Shown here piece after piece: positions 8,191 to 17,006 of a stretch of DNA of 32,000 nt; position 1 is the stretch's first letter; every line of letters begins with the position of its first letter. Made by a program: the position numbers and the translations under genes. Under the pieces are notes generated by a model. That model searched no databases, was not told the DNA's origin, and was given only the letters and a program-made list of their open reading frames with translations. This DNA is from Crocosphaera subtropica ATCC 51142 (GTDB taxonomy: Bacteria > Cyanobacteriota > Cyanobacteriia > Cyanobacteriales > Microcystaceae): positions 2,940,001-2,972,000 of the forward strand of contig NC_010546.1 in NCBI RefSeq assembly GCF_000017845.1, read 5' to 3'.

Positions 8191-9981
8191 ATGTCTAATC
8201 ACTCCCCAGAATCTTTAAATTGTGAAGCCACTTTGATCGGTCAAAAACTACCTGATTGTGAAGCGACGATTGTTGCGGATGAATCCCCCCCTCAAGAATT
8301 GGGCGTACCAACCAACGTGAATTTCAATGACACACAATCCCAGACGGTTGTTACCCTGGTTAATAAATTTCTGGCCAAAGCAGTAGAAAAACAAGCCACT
8401 CACCTTGAGATTGAACCAGAAGCTAATTTTCTCAGCATTCGCTACGGTGACAAAAATAGCCTCAAACCTCTCCTTGATCCCTTACCCAAAAAATTAACTT
8501 CAGCTATCTTATCCCGCTTAAAATTAATGGCGGAGTTAGACATTAACCAATCTCAAACCCCACAAAAAGGTCGTATTCGGAAACGAGGAGGTGGGCGCAC
8601 TATTCATTTTTTCGTACAAACTCAGCCCAGTTTTTATGGGGAAAAAATGACGATTCGTGTGGTCGATAGTGCTGTAAAACCTCCTCATTTGGACAATCTC
8701 ATTTCGGATGCACTGATGAGACAATCCCTCGAAGAAATGATGAAACGTTCTTCAGGGTTATTCTTAGTCACCAGTCCCCAAAAACAAGTCCCCACACCCC
8801 TTCTTTATAGCTTGTTCTCCAAACACCCATCCAACCCCAAAGAAATGGCAACGGTAGAACAATCCATTAGTTATCTACTCTCTGGGATGAGTCAAATTGA
8901 AATCGATGTGGACAAGGAAAAGGATTATCCAGAGGTCTTGCAATCTCTTCTAGAACAAGATAAACCAAGGATTATGGTGGATCGTCTCTCAAATCCGTCG
9001 GTAGCCCGTATGGTAGCAGAGAGTGCTAAGAATGACCGTTTTGTTCTGACCAGTCTCAGTGCCGAAGATGGAATCAGTGCCATCGCTTTATTAAGGGAAA
9101 TGGTGACTCCTCGTTTATTAGCAGATACATTAATTGGAGTTGTTCATCAACACAGTCTTCCTCGTTTATGTCCTGCTTGTCGTACGGTTCATGAACTCAG
9201 TGCAGCAGAATTAGCTCAATGGGGCATTTCCCAGGACAACAAGGGTGAACATACCTTTTATCAAGCCCGTTCCCTGAACGACATAGAAATCGAACAGATG
9301 AGGGAAAAAGGACGACTTTGTCGACAATGTAACGGCGAAGGATACGATGGACAAGTCCACCTCTATGAATTCCATCCCATCACTCCAGGATTAAAAACGG
9401 CGATCGCTCAAGGAACTAATTTAGACGAACTCAAACACATTCGTTTTCAGGGTCAACAGTCTTCTTTAATGACCAGAGGGCTTGCATTGGTTGAACAAGG
9501 ACAAATCAGTTTAATCCAATTAAAGCAGTTGTGTCCTGACAACCCCGATCATTCCCTTCAATCCGAAGCCATCACCCCATTACCAACTAACCTCATTCAG
9601 CGTCTGGAAACAATGGAAACATTGTTAATGACTTTGACTCAAGAATTTAATCAACTCAAACAATCATTAAAACCGCCAGTTTCCTCGACAGAACCAACAA
9701 CAACAGTTTCTTTTGTGGAGACATCCATAGGCACTTCGTGGGTGGATGAAAACTCACAAGCAACTCAGATGAATGAGGGTTTAACCCCAGATATTGATCT
9801 GTCTAAAGAAACCATTACGGCTGATTCTAATTTATATGAAGAATTACAAGATCCTGGAGATTGGGAAGCCTTAAAACGAGAATTAGATCCCAACAAGGAG
9901 ACGATGATAACAACAGATTTCCCCTCTGAGGAAGAAACGGCAGCTAATCCTTTTAAATCAATTCCTGATCCTTGGTCATAA
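8191..9981 (+). CDS. GspE/PilB-family secretion-ATPase-like protein with degenerate nucleotide-binding motifs and a long acidic C-terminal extension
   Basis: GspE N2-like region (ATHLEIEP..LSIRYG..KLMAELDI..PQKGRI..FYGEKMTIRV). The Walker A position reads LVTSPQKQVPT. The tetracysteine motif is retained (CPACR ... CRQCNGEGYDG). Confidence 0.8.
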   Translation: MSNHSPESLNCEATLIGQKLPDCEATIVADESPPQELGVPTNVNFNDTQSQTVVTLVNKFLAKAVEKQATHLEIEPEANFLSIRYGDKNSLKPLLDPLPKKLTSAILSRLKLMAELDINQSQTPQKGRIRKRGGGRTIHFFVQTQPSFYGEKMTIRVVDSAVKPPHLDNLISDALMRQSLEEMMKRSSGLFLVTSPQKQVPTPLLYSLFSKHPSNPKEMATVEQSISYLLSGMSQIEIDVDKEKDYPEVLQSLLEQDKPRIMVDRLSNPSVARMVAESAKNDRFVLTSLSAEDGISAIALLREMVTPRLLADTLIGVVHQHSLPRLCPACRTVHELSAAELAQWGISQDNKGEHTFYQARSLNDIEIEQMREKGRLCRQCNGEGYDGQVHLYEFHPITPGLKTAIAQGTNLDELKHIRFQGQQSSLMTRGLALVEQGQISLIQLKQLCPDNPDHSLQSEAITPLPTNLIQRLETMETLLMTLTQEFNQLKQSLKPPVSSTEPTTTVSFVETSIGTSWVDENSQATQMNEGLTPDIDLSKETITADSNLYEELQDPGDWEALKRELDPNKETMITTDFPSEEETAANPFKSIPDPWS

Positions 9982-9989
9982 AATTGTAC

Positions 9990-10020
9990 AAGACTCTTCT
10001 AATTTTTTAAGAAGAGTCTT
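9990..10020. terminator. Hairpin between convergent genes (candidate bidirectional terminator)
   Basis: A 10-bp stem pairs aagactcttc (9990-9999) with gaagagtctt (10011-10020), with an AT-rich 11-nt loop. It lies between the stops at 9981 (+) and 10036 (-). There is no strong flanking T-run. Confidence 0.5.
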
Positions 10021-10035
10021 ATTCATCATTATTAA

Positions 10036-11421
10036 CTATTCTGTCTCTTGGGTATTAGTTGGTTCCTCTCCTGATTCAGACTCAGTTTCCTTTTCTGCTT
10101 CTAAAGTTCCTTTGGGAACTAATTCCACTGTAGCTTTTTCTTGTAACCAATTCAGGGTTTTCTCGGTCGTTAGTTGTTCTTCTATGACTTCTCTTAACTT
10201 ATCAGGGTCGACCTCTTGTCCTTGCAATTGTTCTTTAATTTCATTGCTTCTTTCCTCAATTTCTGAGTCTTCTAGGGTGATGGCCTCAACTTTAGCAATT
10301 TCTTGTAAAATTAAGGTTTGTTTGAGTCTTTCAATGGCTTCAGGACGAGCATTTTCCCGTAATTTGGGTAAGTTTTCTTGAGTGAAGAGTTGCCCTAAAT
10401 CAATCCCCATTTGTTCCATTTGCATGGCAGTTTGAGTGAGGACTCTGGTAACTTCATCTTGAACTAAAGTATCAGGAAGGTCCACTGTACAAACTTTGCT
10501 CAATTCTGAAGTAATGGCGGTATGAATACTTTGTTTAGTCTCGTTTTCTGCTGACTCTTGGAATTGCTTTTCTAAGGACTCTCTTAGTTCAGCAATGGTT
10601 TCATACTCACTCACTTCCTCAGCAAAATCATCATCTAGTTCAGGTAATTCTTTTGCTTTGAGTTCTTTGAGGGTAATGGTAAAGGTAACTGGTTTTCCAG
10701 CTAAATCTTCCCTAGGGTAATCATCAGGAAAGGTTAGGGGTAATTCTTTCGTTTCTTCGGGTTTCATCCCCACAATACCCTCTACCATCCCCTCAATAAA
10801 TCTTCCAGGTTCGAGATCAACACGGAAGTCAGTTCCTTCTACTCCTTCAATGGGTTCTCCTTCTCCTTCTCCTTCAGGGGTGGACACACCCTTATAGTCC
10901 ACAATAGCCACATCTCCCATTTCTGCGCCACGATCTTCAACAGGAACGAGGGTGGCCAATTTCTCTTGTCGTTCTTTGAACCAGTCTTCTAACTGTTGGG
11001 GGTCATAGACTGTTTCTTCAGCTTTAACCGAAAGGGTTTGATAGTCTCCCAATTCTACCGTTGGGGGTACATCAACGGCCGCTAAAAAGGTAAACGGTTC
11101 TCCTGGTTTAAATTTTTCAATCAATTCATCTAAACTAGAACGTAAGGTATAGTTACCAATGGAGTCAATGGATTCTTGTTCTAGGGCTTTTTCTAAGCTT
11201 TTTTGGACTAATTCTTCTAGGGTGACAGCTTTGATGTAGCGGGTTCCTAATCGTTGTAGCAGAATGGGACGAGGAACTTTACCTTTACGAAACCCAGGAA
11301 TATTGGCAGTACGGGCCAAGGTATTGACCTTGGTTTCATAGGCTTTTTTACCCGTTTCGGCGGGAATTTCAATTTCTAAGCCAATTTGACTATCGGGGAG
11401 TTTTTCCTGGGTTACTTTCAT
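10036..11421 (-). CDS. tig: Trigger factor (ribosome-associated peptidyl-prolyl isomerase chaperone)
   Basis: MKVTQEKLPDSQIGLEIEIP start. GFRKGKVP ribosome-binding signature. Central FKBP-like region. I chose the ATG at 11419-11421 over the upstream TTG at 11478 used in the ORF track. Confidence 0.93.
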   Translation of the reverse strand: MKVTQEKLPDSQIGLEIEIPAETGKKAYETKVNTLARTANIPGFRKGKVPRPILLQRLGTRYIKAVTLEELVQKSLEKALEQESIDSIGNYTLRSSLDELIEKFKPGEPFTFLAAVDVPPTVELGDYQTLSVKAEETVYDPQQLEDWFKERQEKLATLVPVEDRGAEMGDVAIVDYKGVSTPEGEGEGEPIEGVEGTDFRVDLEPGRFIEGMVEGIVGMKPEETKELPLTFPDDYPREDLAGKPVTFTITLKELKAKELPELDDDFAEEVSEYETIAELRESLEKQFQESAENETKQSIHTAITSELSKVCTVDLPDTLVQDEVTRVLTQTAMQMEQMGIDLGQLFTQENLPKLRENARPEAIERLKQTLILQEIAKVEAITLEDSEIEERSNEIKEQLQGQEVDPDKLREVIEEQLTTEKTLNWLQEKATVELVPKGTLEAEKETESESGEEPTNTQETE

Positions 11422-11673
11422 AGAGATTACAATTTCGGACAATTTATTATTATGCCATTGTTGGCCAACTAGAAACAAGCTTAGCTTGACTTGATTAAGG
11501 ATTGTTTTTAGTTTTGGGTTGGGTTGGTTCTAGTCAACCAGTGGTCAAATAGCTTTATTATTCTAACCTGAGTATCTCTGAATCCATCAGATTTTGTCTC
11601 AGTATTAGGGAAATTTTAATATTTCTCCTCTAGTTAAGATGACTTTAAACAAACTATTCCCTATTGAATTAAC

Positions 11674-13200
11674 TTAGTTTTTTGGTTTTAATTCTACTAA
11701 AGGATTTCCAATAGATAAAATGCTCAATAGCCAAACAATATTAGAAAATAATAAATATCGCCAAGCATAATCTGGAGTCACTATCATATAAGGTATAAAA
11801 TTGCATAAACCGGCCCCAAATAAGAAAAGATAAGTTGCATTTTTCCAGGACTTGGGTTTATGTTTAATGGTTGTATAAAGAGTGGTTATTAATGAAATTA
11901 TCAATAGAAGATAATGCCTATAGGGTAAATTGAATATAAAGAATCTTTGATCGTAACTCACCAAATTTAAAAATTTAATCACTCTTCCTCTGATAGTTGG
12001 CAAATAATTTTTAGATTTTATACCTAAGTCATTAGACAAGGAATTAACAGGAATATCGGTCTGAAAAGGGAACAAAATTTGATTAACCTGTAAGAGACTC
12101 GCCATAGCGCATATTTTATATTTTAAGAAAGCTTGAGGATAATTAATAGTTAGCTTCCATAAATCTTCCACAATAGATGCTTTCATGGCATCACCCTGCA
12201 TATTTCTTAAAGGGGCTTTTTTCCCTAAGTAAAGGTATTGATCATTTAAACCACAACGATAATTATTGACAGCTTGTGCGATTTTTTCTCTCCCTAGCTG
12301 ATCAGGGGTTTTAAGATATTCTAGACTATTTAGATTTTTTTCAGTATAGTGTAGGGTTCCAATGAGTTCTAGAGAAAAATAAAAGTTCATTTTTTCTTGG
12401 GTGCTAAGTTGTTGGTTAAAAGCAACCAGAGAGGAAGCAAACTCTTGTCTTTCTCCAGGGGTTAAATGACTATTTTTATAATAAAAATCACCAGTTGCTT
12501 TAGAAAAAAATAAAGCGACAATCATGAGAAAGATTATTAAATATTGTTTTTTTCGCTGTTGAAGAGATACGTTTAGAAAATAATAGGAAATTGAATAAAG
12601 ATAAATCATCAACAATAATAGAGATAAAAAGATATTATGACGAGTTAGCATCAACCAGTAACTCAGTAACAATATAATTACTAAAGACAAATATTTTTTT
12701 AAAAAAGCTCTCTTAGAATTAAAGTTTTGGGACGAGAATCTCTGATCAAAAAGTTGATAAATAGTCGTTACTAATAATAAAAACAAGATAGTTGACCAAA
12801 CATCTTTGATGGGACTAATAGAAAATGTCCAAAGCGGATAATATAAAGGAACAAAAATATTAGCAATTAACTTTATTTTGCTATTGGCAATAAAGATGTC
12901 GATAGTGTAAAACACAGTCAACCACAAGATCACAGCTTGTAAGAAACATAAAATAGCCATTTGTTCTTGGGCTAATAAATAAGGAAAAAGAACAATGATC
13001 CCTCTCATGATTAATGTAACCCCTATGGGATGTACATCCGTATAAAAATTTTCTCTTGCTTGTTTCCATTGATAAAGTGCATCTGAGTTAGGAAGTCCAG
13101 GATAAAAAACAGATATCCAGAATAAACTTAAGAGAACAGAAACACCGGTCAGCAATAACCACTTTTTCCCTGATGAACTCGATAATAATAAACGCTTCAT
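11674..13200 (-). CDS. Polytopic integral membrane protein of unknown function (GT-C glycosyltransferase-like layout)
   Basis: 508 aa. N-terminal block of hydrophobic helices with a first-loop motif YPGLPNSDALYQWKQA..YTDVHP. A central soluble segment of about 180 aa. C-terminal helices. Very AT-rich coding sequence. Confidence 0.7.
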   Translation of the reverse strand: MKRLLLSSSSGKKWLLLTGVSVLLSLFWISVFYPGLPNSDALYQWKQARENFYTDVHPIGVTLIMRGIIVLFPYLLAQEQMAILCFLQAVILWLTVFYTIDIFIANSKIKLIANIFVPLYYPLWTFSISPIKDVWSTILFLLLVTTIYQLFDQRFSSQNFNSKRAFLKKYLSLVIILLLSYWLMLTRHNIFLSLLLLMIYLYSISYYFLNVSLQQRKKQYLIIFLMIVALFFSKATGDFYYKNSHLTPGERQEFASSLVAFNQQLSTQEKMNFYFSLELIGTLHYTEKNLNSLEYLKTPDQLGREKIAQAVNNYRCGLNDQYLYLGKKAPLRNMQGDAMKASIVEDLWKLTINYPQAFLKYKICAMASLLQVNQILFPFQTDIPVNSLSNDLGIKSKNYLPTIRGRVIKFLNLVSYDQRFFIFNLPYRHYLLLIISLITTLYTTIKHKPKSWKNATYLFLFGAGLCNFIPYMIVTPDYAWRYLLFSNIVWLLSILSIGNPLVELKPKN

Positions 13201-14033
13201 TTGATAATTGTTAAGCTAAAATACTATAAGAGTTACTTGACCATACCATATCATTTTTATAGAAGTTTTTATATCTCCAGACCTATTAAACATCAATGTA
13301 AAAATTTTTGCTTTACTTCTGTTCTCTCCTACAATCTCCTAAAATATCCTATTTTTTGGATTTTATTGTTGATGGAATAGTCATCAGGTTATGGCGTGAT
13401 GATAACAAGCGTCTCTTTTCCTTAGGATCAAAAAGTGCAAAGTTGTAACTTTAGGATGTTCTCCTCTTCTAAGACAGATGGGATCTAAATTTTGATATAC
13501 TTAATTCAAAACTACTAATAGAAGGTTGAGGAGGAATGATCCCAATAGTACCGCAGCATAGCTATCTCAACAAACTTTATAGTTATTTAACGATCTCCTT
13601 GAGATAAATATGTTATCTTCCATAGGAAAGTTTTGATTAGATTTATTAGATATCAATAGAATTACGGAGTTTCCTCACATTATATGAATTTTAAGGAGGT
13701 AAACCTAGAAATCTCACATAATTCGCACGATATGACCCTTAAGGTTAATGAGCTTCTATTTATCTCAAAAGCTATAGCCTGATTAATTTTATCCATGATT
13801 AGATTACTATCCCAACTCTCATAGCGAAGATAGAAAAATTAAAATGTTACTAATAATACGCAATTATTCTGATAATTCAGATATACTAAGGGGCAATCTT
13901 TCTTAATAAACCCTTTTAAATGTATAGACTTACTACTCGAAGTATAGTCTTAGGGATTATTAATCAAACTCCTAAAACAAGCTAATCAATTAGTAAGTCT
14001 AATCAAAACATTAATAGTTTTTATACATTTCTT

Positions 14034-14390
14034 ATGAAAACAGAATCAATGAGTAGTATTCCTAGATTTGATTGGTCTGCTAACCAGAATCTTCAATCAG
14101 AGGTTGTTGTTAAAACAATCAATGCAGTAGAGGAGACTCGTGAAGCTTTGCAACTTTTGCAATCTCGTAAGGTGGTTATTTTAGTTTTGGATCAATTAAC
14201 CACAGATAAAGCGCAACGAGTCGTTGATTGGATGGCAGGAGGCACTTGTGCTATTGATGGGCAAACGTTTTGGATTAGTGAAAAGACATTTATGTTTGTG
14301 CCTAATCAAGTTGAAATAAAATCTCAACGGTCTGTCCCTAGTTCCCCTTCCCCTTGTTTAAAAGACATATCGAAAGACTTCCCCAGTTAA
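14034..14390 (+). CDS. Short SepF-like (DUF552/YlmF) protein
   Basis: VVVKTINAVEETREALQLLQSRKVVILVLDQLTTDKAQRVVDWMAGGTCAIDGQTFWISEKTFMFVPNQVEI fits the SepF core pattern (V.L.L..L....AQR..DF..G...A.dG.......iF...P..V.I). Confidence 0.7.
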   Translation: MKTESMSSIPRFDWSANQNLQSEVVVKTINAVEETREALQLLQSRKVVILVLDQLTTDKAQRVVDWMAGGTCAIDGQTFWISEKTFMFVPNQVEIKSQRSVPSSPSPCLKDISKDFPS

Positions 14391-14497
14391 CTCTATGGTT
14401 TCTCCATTAACGTACCTAGAGAAGTCAACCTATTCTTTACAAAGTTATTGTACACTGATAATGTTCTCAATGATGCTTTTCCGACTTTTATCTGTAA

Positions 14498-15016
14498 CTA
14501 CTCTTTGTCATCGCTGACTTTCACAGCCTTAGTATCAACATGACTCAGGGTTTCTAACTGGTCAATTAAGGCTTGTTTTTGAGGATTGCTTTGATTGAAG
14601 AGAGTATTAGCTTGGTTAAAGCCTGGTTTCATAATTTCATATAGGTCTGGTGAAATTCTTTTGATAGTTCCACCAAAGGTAAACCAGGTTTTTCTGGCAG
14701 TGAAAAAAGGCGTTTTTACTTGCTTATCATTACCAGCTTTTACCAAAGAAAGGGTTTGATCGATTTATTCTTTCATATTTCTAATGGCTTGTCTGCGGAA
14801 GGCAATTTTTTCAGCTTTAGTCGAAGAGTATGCACTTTGACTAATCAGAGTGACAGGAAATTGTTGAGGGGTCCCTGTGTTTTCTGCTGTCAACGATTGT
14901 GATAAACTTGAAGCCTCTACTGGCATGATTTGGAAGTTTAAGTGAGCAATAAAGACGACAATTGCTAACAAGATAAGTTTGAGATTAAACATAAGATTTT
15001 TGTTTTTAAAGGTCAC
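14498..15016 (-). pseudogene. Secreted protein of about 170 aa interrupted by one in-frame TAA (or two adjacent small ORFs)
   Basis: ORFs 14765..15016 and 14498..14746 are in the same frame (start positions 270 nt apart). They are separated only by the TAA at 14765-14767 plus 6 sense codons. The upstream part has a signal peptide (KLILLAIVVFIAHL..VEA). The downstream ORF starts only at a TTG with no SD. Confidence 0.55.
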
Positions 15017-15024
15017 AAATTGCC

Positions 15025-15030
15025 TATAAT
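15025..15030 (+). promoter_or_regulatory. Candidate -10 box (TATAAT) for the kinase-HEAT transcription unit
   Basis: Exact TATAAT in the 55-bp divergent spacer, about 42 nt upstream of the ATG at 15072. It sits inside the small palindrome attgc-N11-gcaat. No good -35 was seen. Confidence 0.3.
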
Positions 15031-15071
15031 TGTAGCAATTGTGCGATTCGTTGAAATTTTTGAGTTTTGTT

Positions 15072-16994
15072 ATGAATACTGGGCTACCACCTCAAACTAT
15101 GGTCAATGACCGCTTTAGGATTCTACGCCAACTTGGTCAAGGAAAGCTAGGAAGAACCTATTTAGCCCAAGATCCTCATCGCTTCAATGATTTTTGTATT
15201 CTTCAAGAATTTGCTCCGGATGTTTGTGATACGTCAGCTTTGAAAAAAACAGAAGAATTATTCCAACGCAAAGCACAAATTCTTTATACATTAGATCATC
15301 CTCAAATCCCTCGTTTTCGGGAATTATTTTCTTGCCAACAAGGAGAAAAAATGACCCTTTTTTTAGTGCAAGATTATGTAAAAGGACTAACCTATCGTCA
15401 ACAATTACAAGAACGTCTAAAAGCAGGAAAACTATTTACAGAAACAGAAGTTAGACAATTTTTGTTAGAGGTTTTACCGGTTCTCCATTATCTCCACGAA
15501 AAAGGAATTATTCACCGTGATCTTACCCCTGATAATATCATTGCTCGTCAAGAGAACAACTTACCCGTTTTAATCGATTTTGGTAGTGTTAAACAATTAT
15601 CCACCATCGCTAATACCTATTTTAAACAGCCAGAATTATTAACTACTAAATTGATACAAGTGGGTCAACCTGGATATGCACCCCAGGAACAGATTGAAAA
15701 AGGGATCGTCACTGCCAATAGTGATTTATATGGACTAGCAGCCACAGCTTGTGTTTTGATGACAGGGAAAGAACCCCTAGAATTACAAGACAAACAAAGT
15801 TTAAGCTGGAGTTTTCCTGCAAACTTGCTTATTAGTTCCCATTTAAGCCGTGTTTTGCTGAAAATGTTAGCCAAAAATCCAAGCGATCGCTATACTTCAG
15901 CCCAAGAAGTTATCAAAGTTCTTACCCAGTCTTCTCCTCAACCCATTACCCCTCCCACTCTAGTCGTAAAGTCTGCTATAATGCCTCAGACTTCTTCGCC
16001 AAAAGTGACCATTTCCCCTAAGCAAAAAACAGAACAGAACATGACAGTAACCAACAGCAAAAATACTCCCATTACTGGCTGTTTAGGTAAGTTATTTTTA
16101 TTTTTGATGCTAATTTTAGGATCAGGAACAATGGGATGGTGGGCAGGAAAATTATGGATTTCTCAAATCCTCAATACTCAGGAAAATAATCAACCACAAT
16201 CGGTTTTTTCTGAGGAATCATCAACCCCTACAATTAGTGATCAAGAATTACAACGTAAAACAGAAATACGAACCCGTCGTCGTCAGTTAGGATTAGATCA
16301 TAGTTGGTTTGTAGCCGTGGTCGATGAATTATTTTGGGATAAATATCCCAATCAAAGAAATAAGATTTTAACGAACGAAAAAGATGATGCCTCTTTACGA
16401 AATACATGGGATGAAATTGCTACGCAGGTATTAAATACCTTAGAATCTCTTGATTTAGAATCATTAGAAGAAATTGGAGGTTATACCCAAAGTCAACGAA
16501 CTATTTGGAAGCAACAAGCTAATGGTTTATATTTAAGTAGTCGTGCTTTATATGATTTAGTAGATGGTCGTTTTTTTGCTGCTTTTCCTGATCAAAAAAA
16601 TCAAGATTTTATCGATAAGCCTATCGGTCAAATCTGGAATGCTATGATTGCAGATACCATCACAAAATTACAAGCAGGAGATAATTATGAAAGAATAGGC
16701 ATTGAACTACAACAAGACCAAATTATTCAACGGCGTAAACAATTAGAAGCTGGTCAAGGAAATGCTTACGTTGCTAACTTAAACGCTTACCAAAGCATTG
16801 AGGTGAAATTAGAAGGCGATCGCAATTTACTGTTATCTATTTATTCTCCTACAGGTAATAATAATATACTAGAAGATTCTTCCACTCATCAATGGTCAGG
16901 AGAACTGAGCGAAAATGGGTATTATGAGTTTACTGTAGTCTCCAAAAGTAAAAAAACTATCAACTATGAACTGAGTATTACTATCATAGATTAA
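15072..16994 (+). CDS. Membrane-spanning Hanks-type Ser/Thr kinase-like protein with atypical catalytic residues
   Basis: GQGKLGRTY G-loop, HRD, DFG and GYAPQEQ are present. The beta3 motif reads CILQEF (Gln, CAA at 15204-15206) and the catalytic loop reads HRDLTPDN (Thr, ACC at 15525-15527). One TM helix (LFLFLMLILGSGTMGWWAG). C-terminal domain of about 270 aa. Start taken at ATG 15072 rather than TTG 15039. Confidence 0.85.
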   Translation: MNTGLPPQTMVNDRFRILRQLGQGKLGRTYLAQDPHRFNDFCILQEFAPDVCDTSALKKTEELFQRKAQILYTLDHPQIPRFRELFSCQQGEKMTLFLVQDYVKGLTYRQQLQERLKAGKLFTETEVRQFLLEVLPVLHYLHEKGIIHRDLTPDNIIARQENNLPVLIDFGSVKQLSTIANTYFKQPELLTTKLIQVGQPGYAPQEQIEKGIVTANSDLYGLAATACVLMTGKEPLELQDKQSLSWSFPANLLISSHLSRVLLKMLAKNPSDRYTSAQEVIKVLTQSSPQPITPPTLVVKSAIMPQTSSPKVTISPKQKTEQNMTVTNSKNTPITGCLGKLFLFLMLILGSGTMGWWAGKLWISQILNTQENNQPQSVFSEESSTPTISDQELQRKTEIRTRRRQLGLDHSWFVAVVDELFWDKYPNQRNKILTNEKDDASLRNTWDEIATQVLNTLESLDLESLEEIGGYTQSQRTIWKQQANGLYLSSRALYDLVDGRFFAAFPDQKNQDFIDKPIGQIWNAMIADTITKLQAGDNYERIGIELQQDQIIQRRKQLEAGQGNAYVANLNAYQSIEVKLEGDRNLLLSIYSPTGNNNILEDSSTHQWSGELSENGYYEFTVVSKSKKTINYELSITIID

Positions 16995-17006
16995 GAGATT
17001 AAATTC

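Noticed and set aside
11422-11478. N-terminal extensions in the ORF track that start at TTG: tig to 11478, kinase from 15039, PEP-CTERM ORF to 19274, last gene to 31805
   Set aside because: In each case a downstream ATG gives the canonical family N-terminus (MKVTQEK for tig, a signal peptide for the PEP-CTERM protein), or the extension overlaps the neighbouring gene (19274 overlaps pyrG).
13684-13782. 32-aa small ORF (MNFKEVNLEISHNSHDMTLKVNELLFISKAIA) and a 23-aa ORF after gaggagga near 13530, both in the 833-bp gap
   Set aside because: The SD-like sequences are not correctly spaced from these start codons. ORFs this short are expected by chance. I cannot support them without conservation or ribosome profiling.
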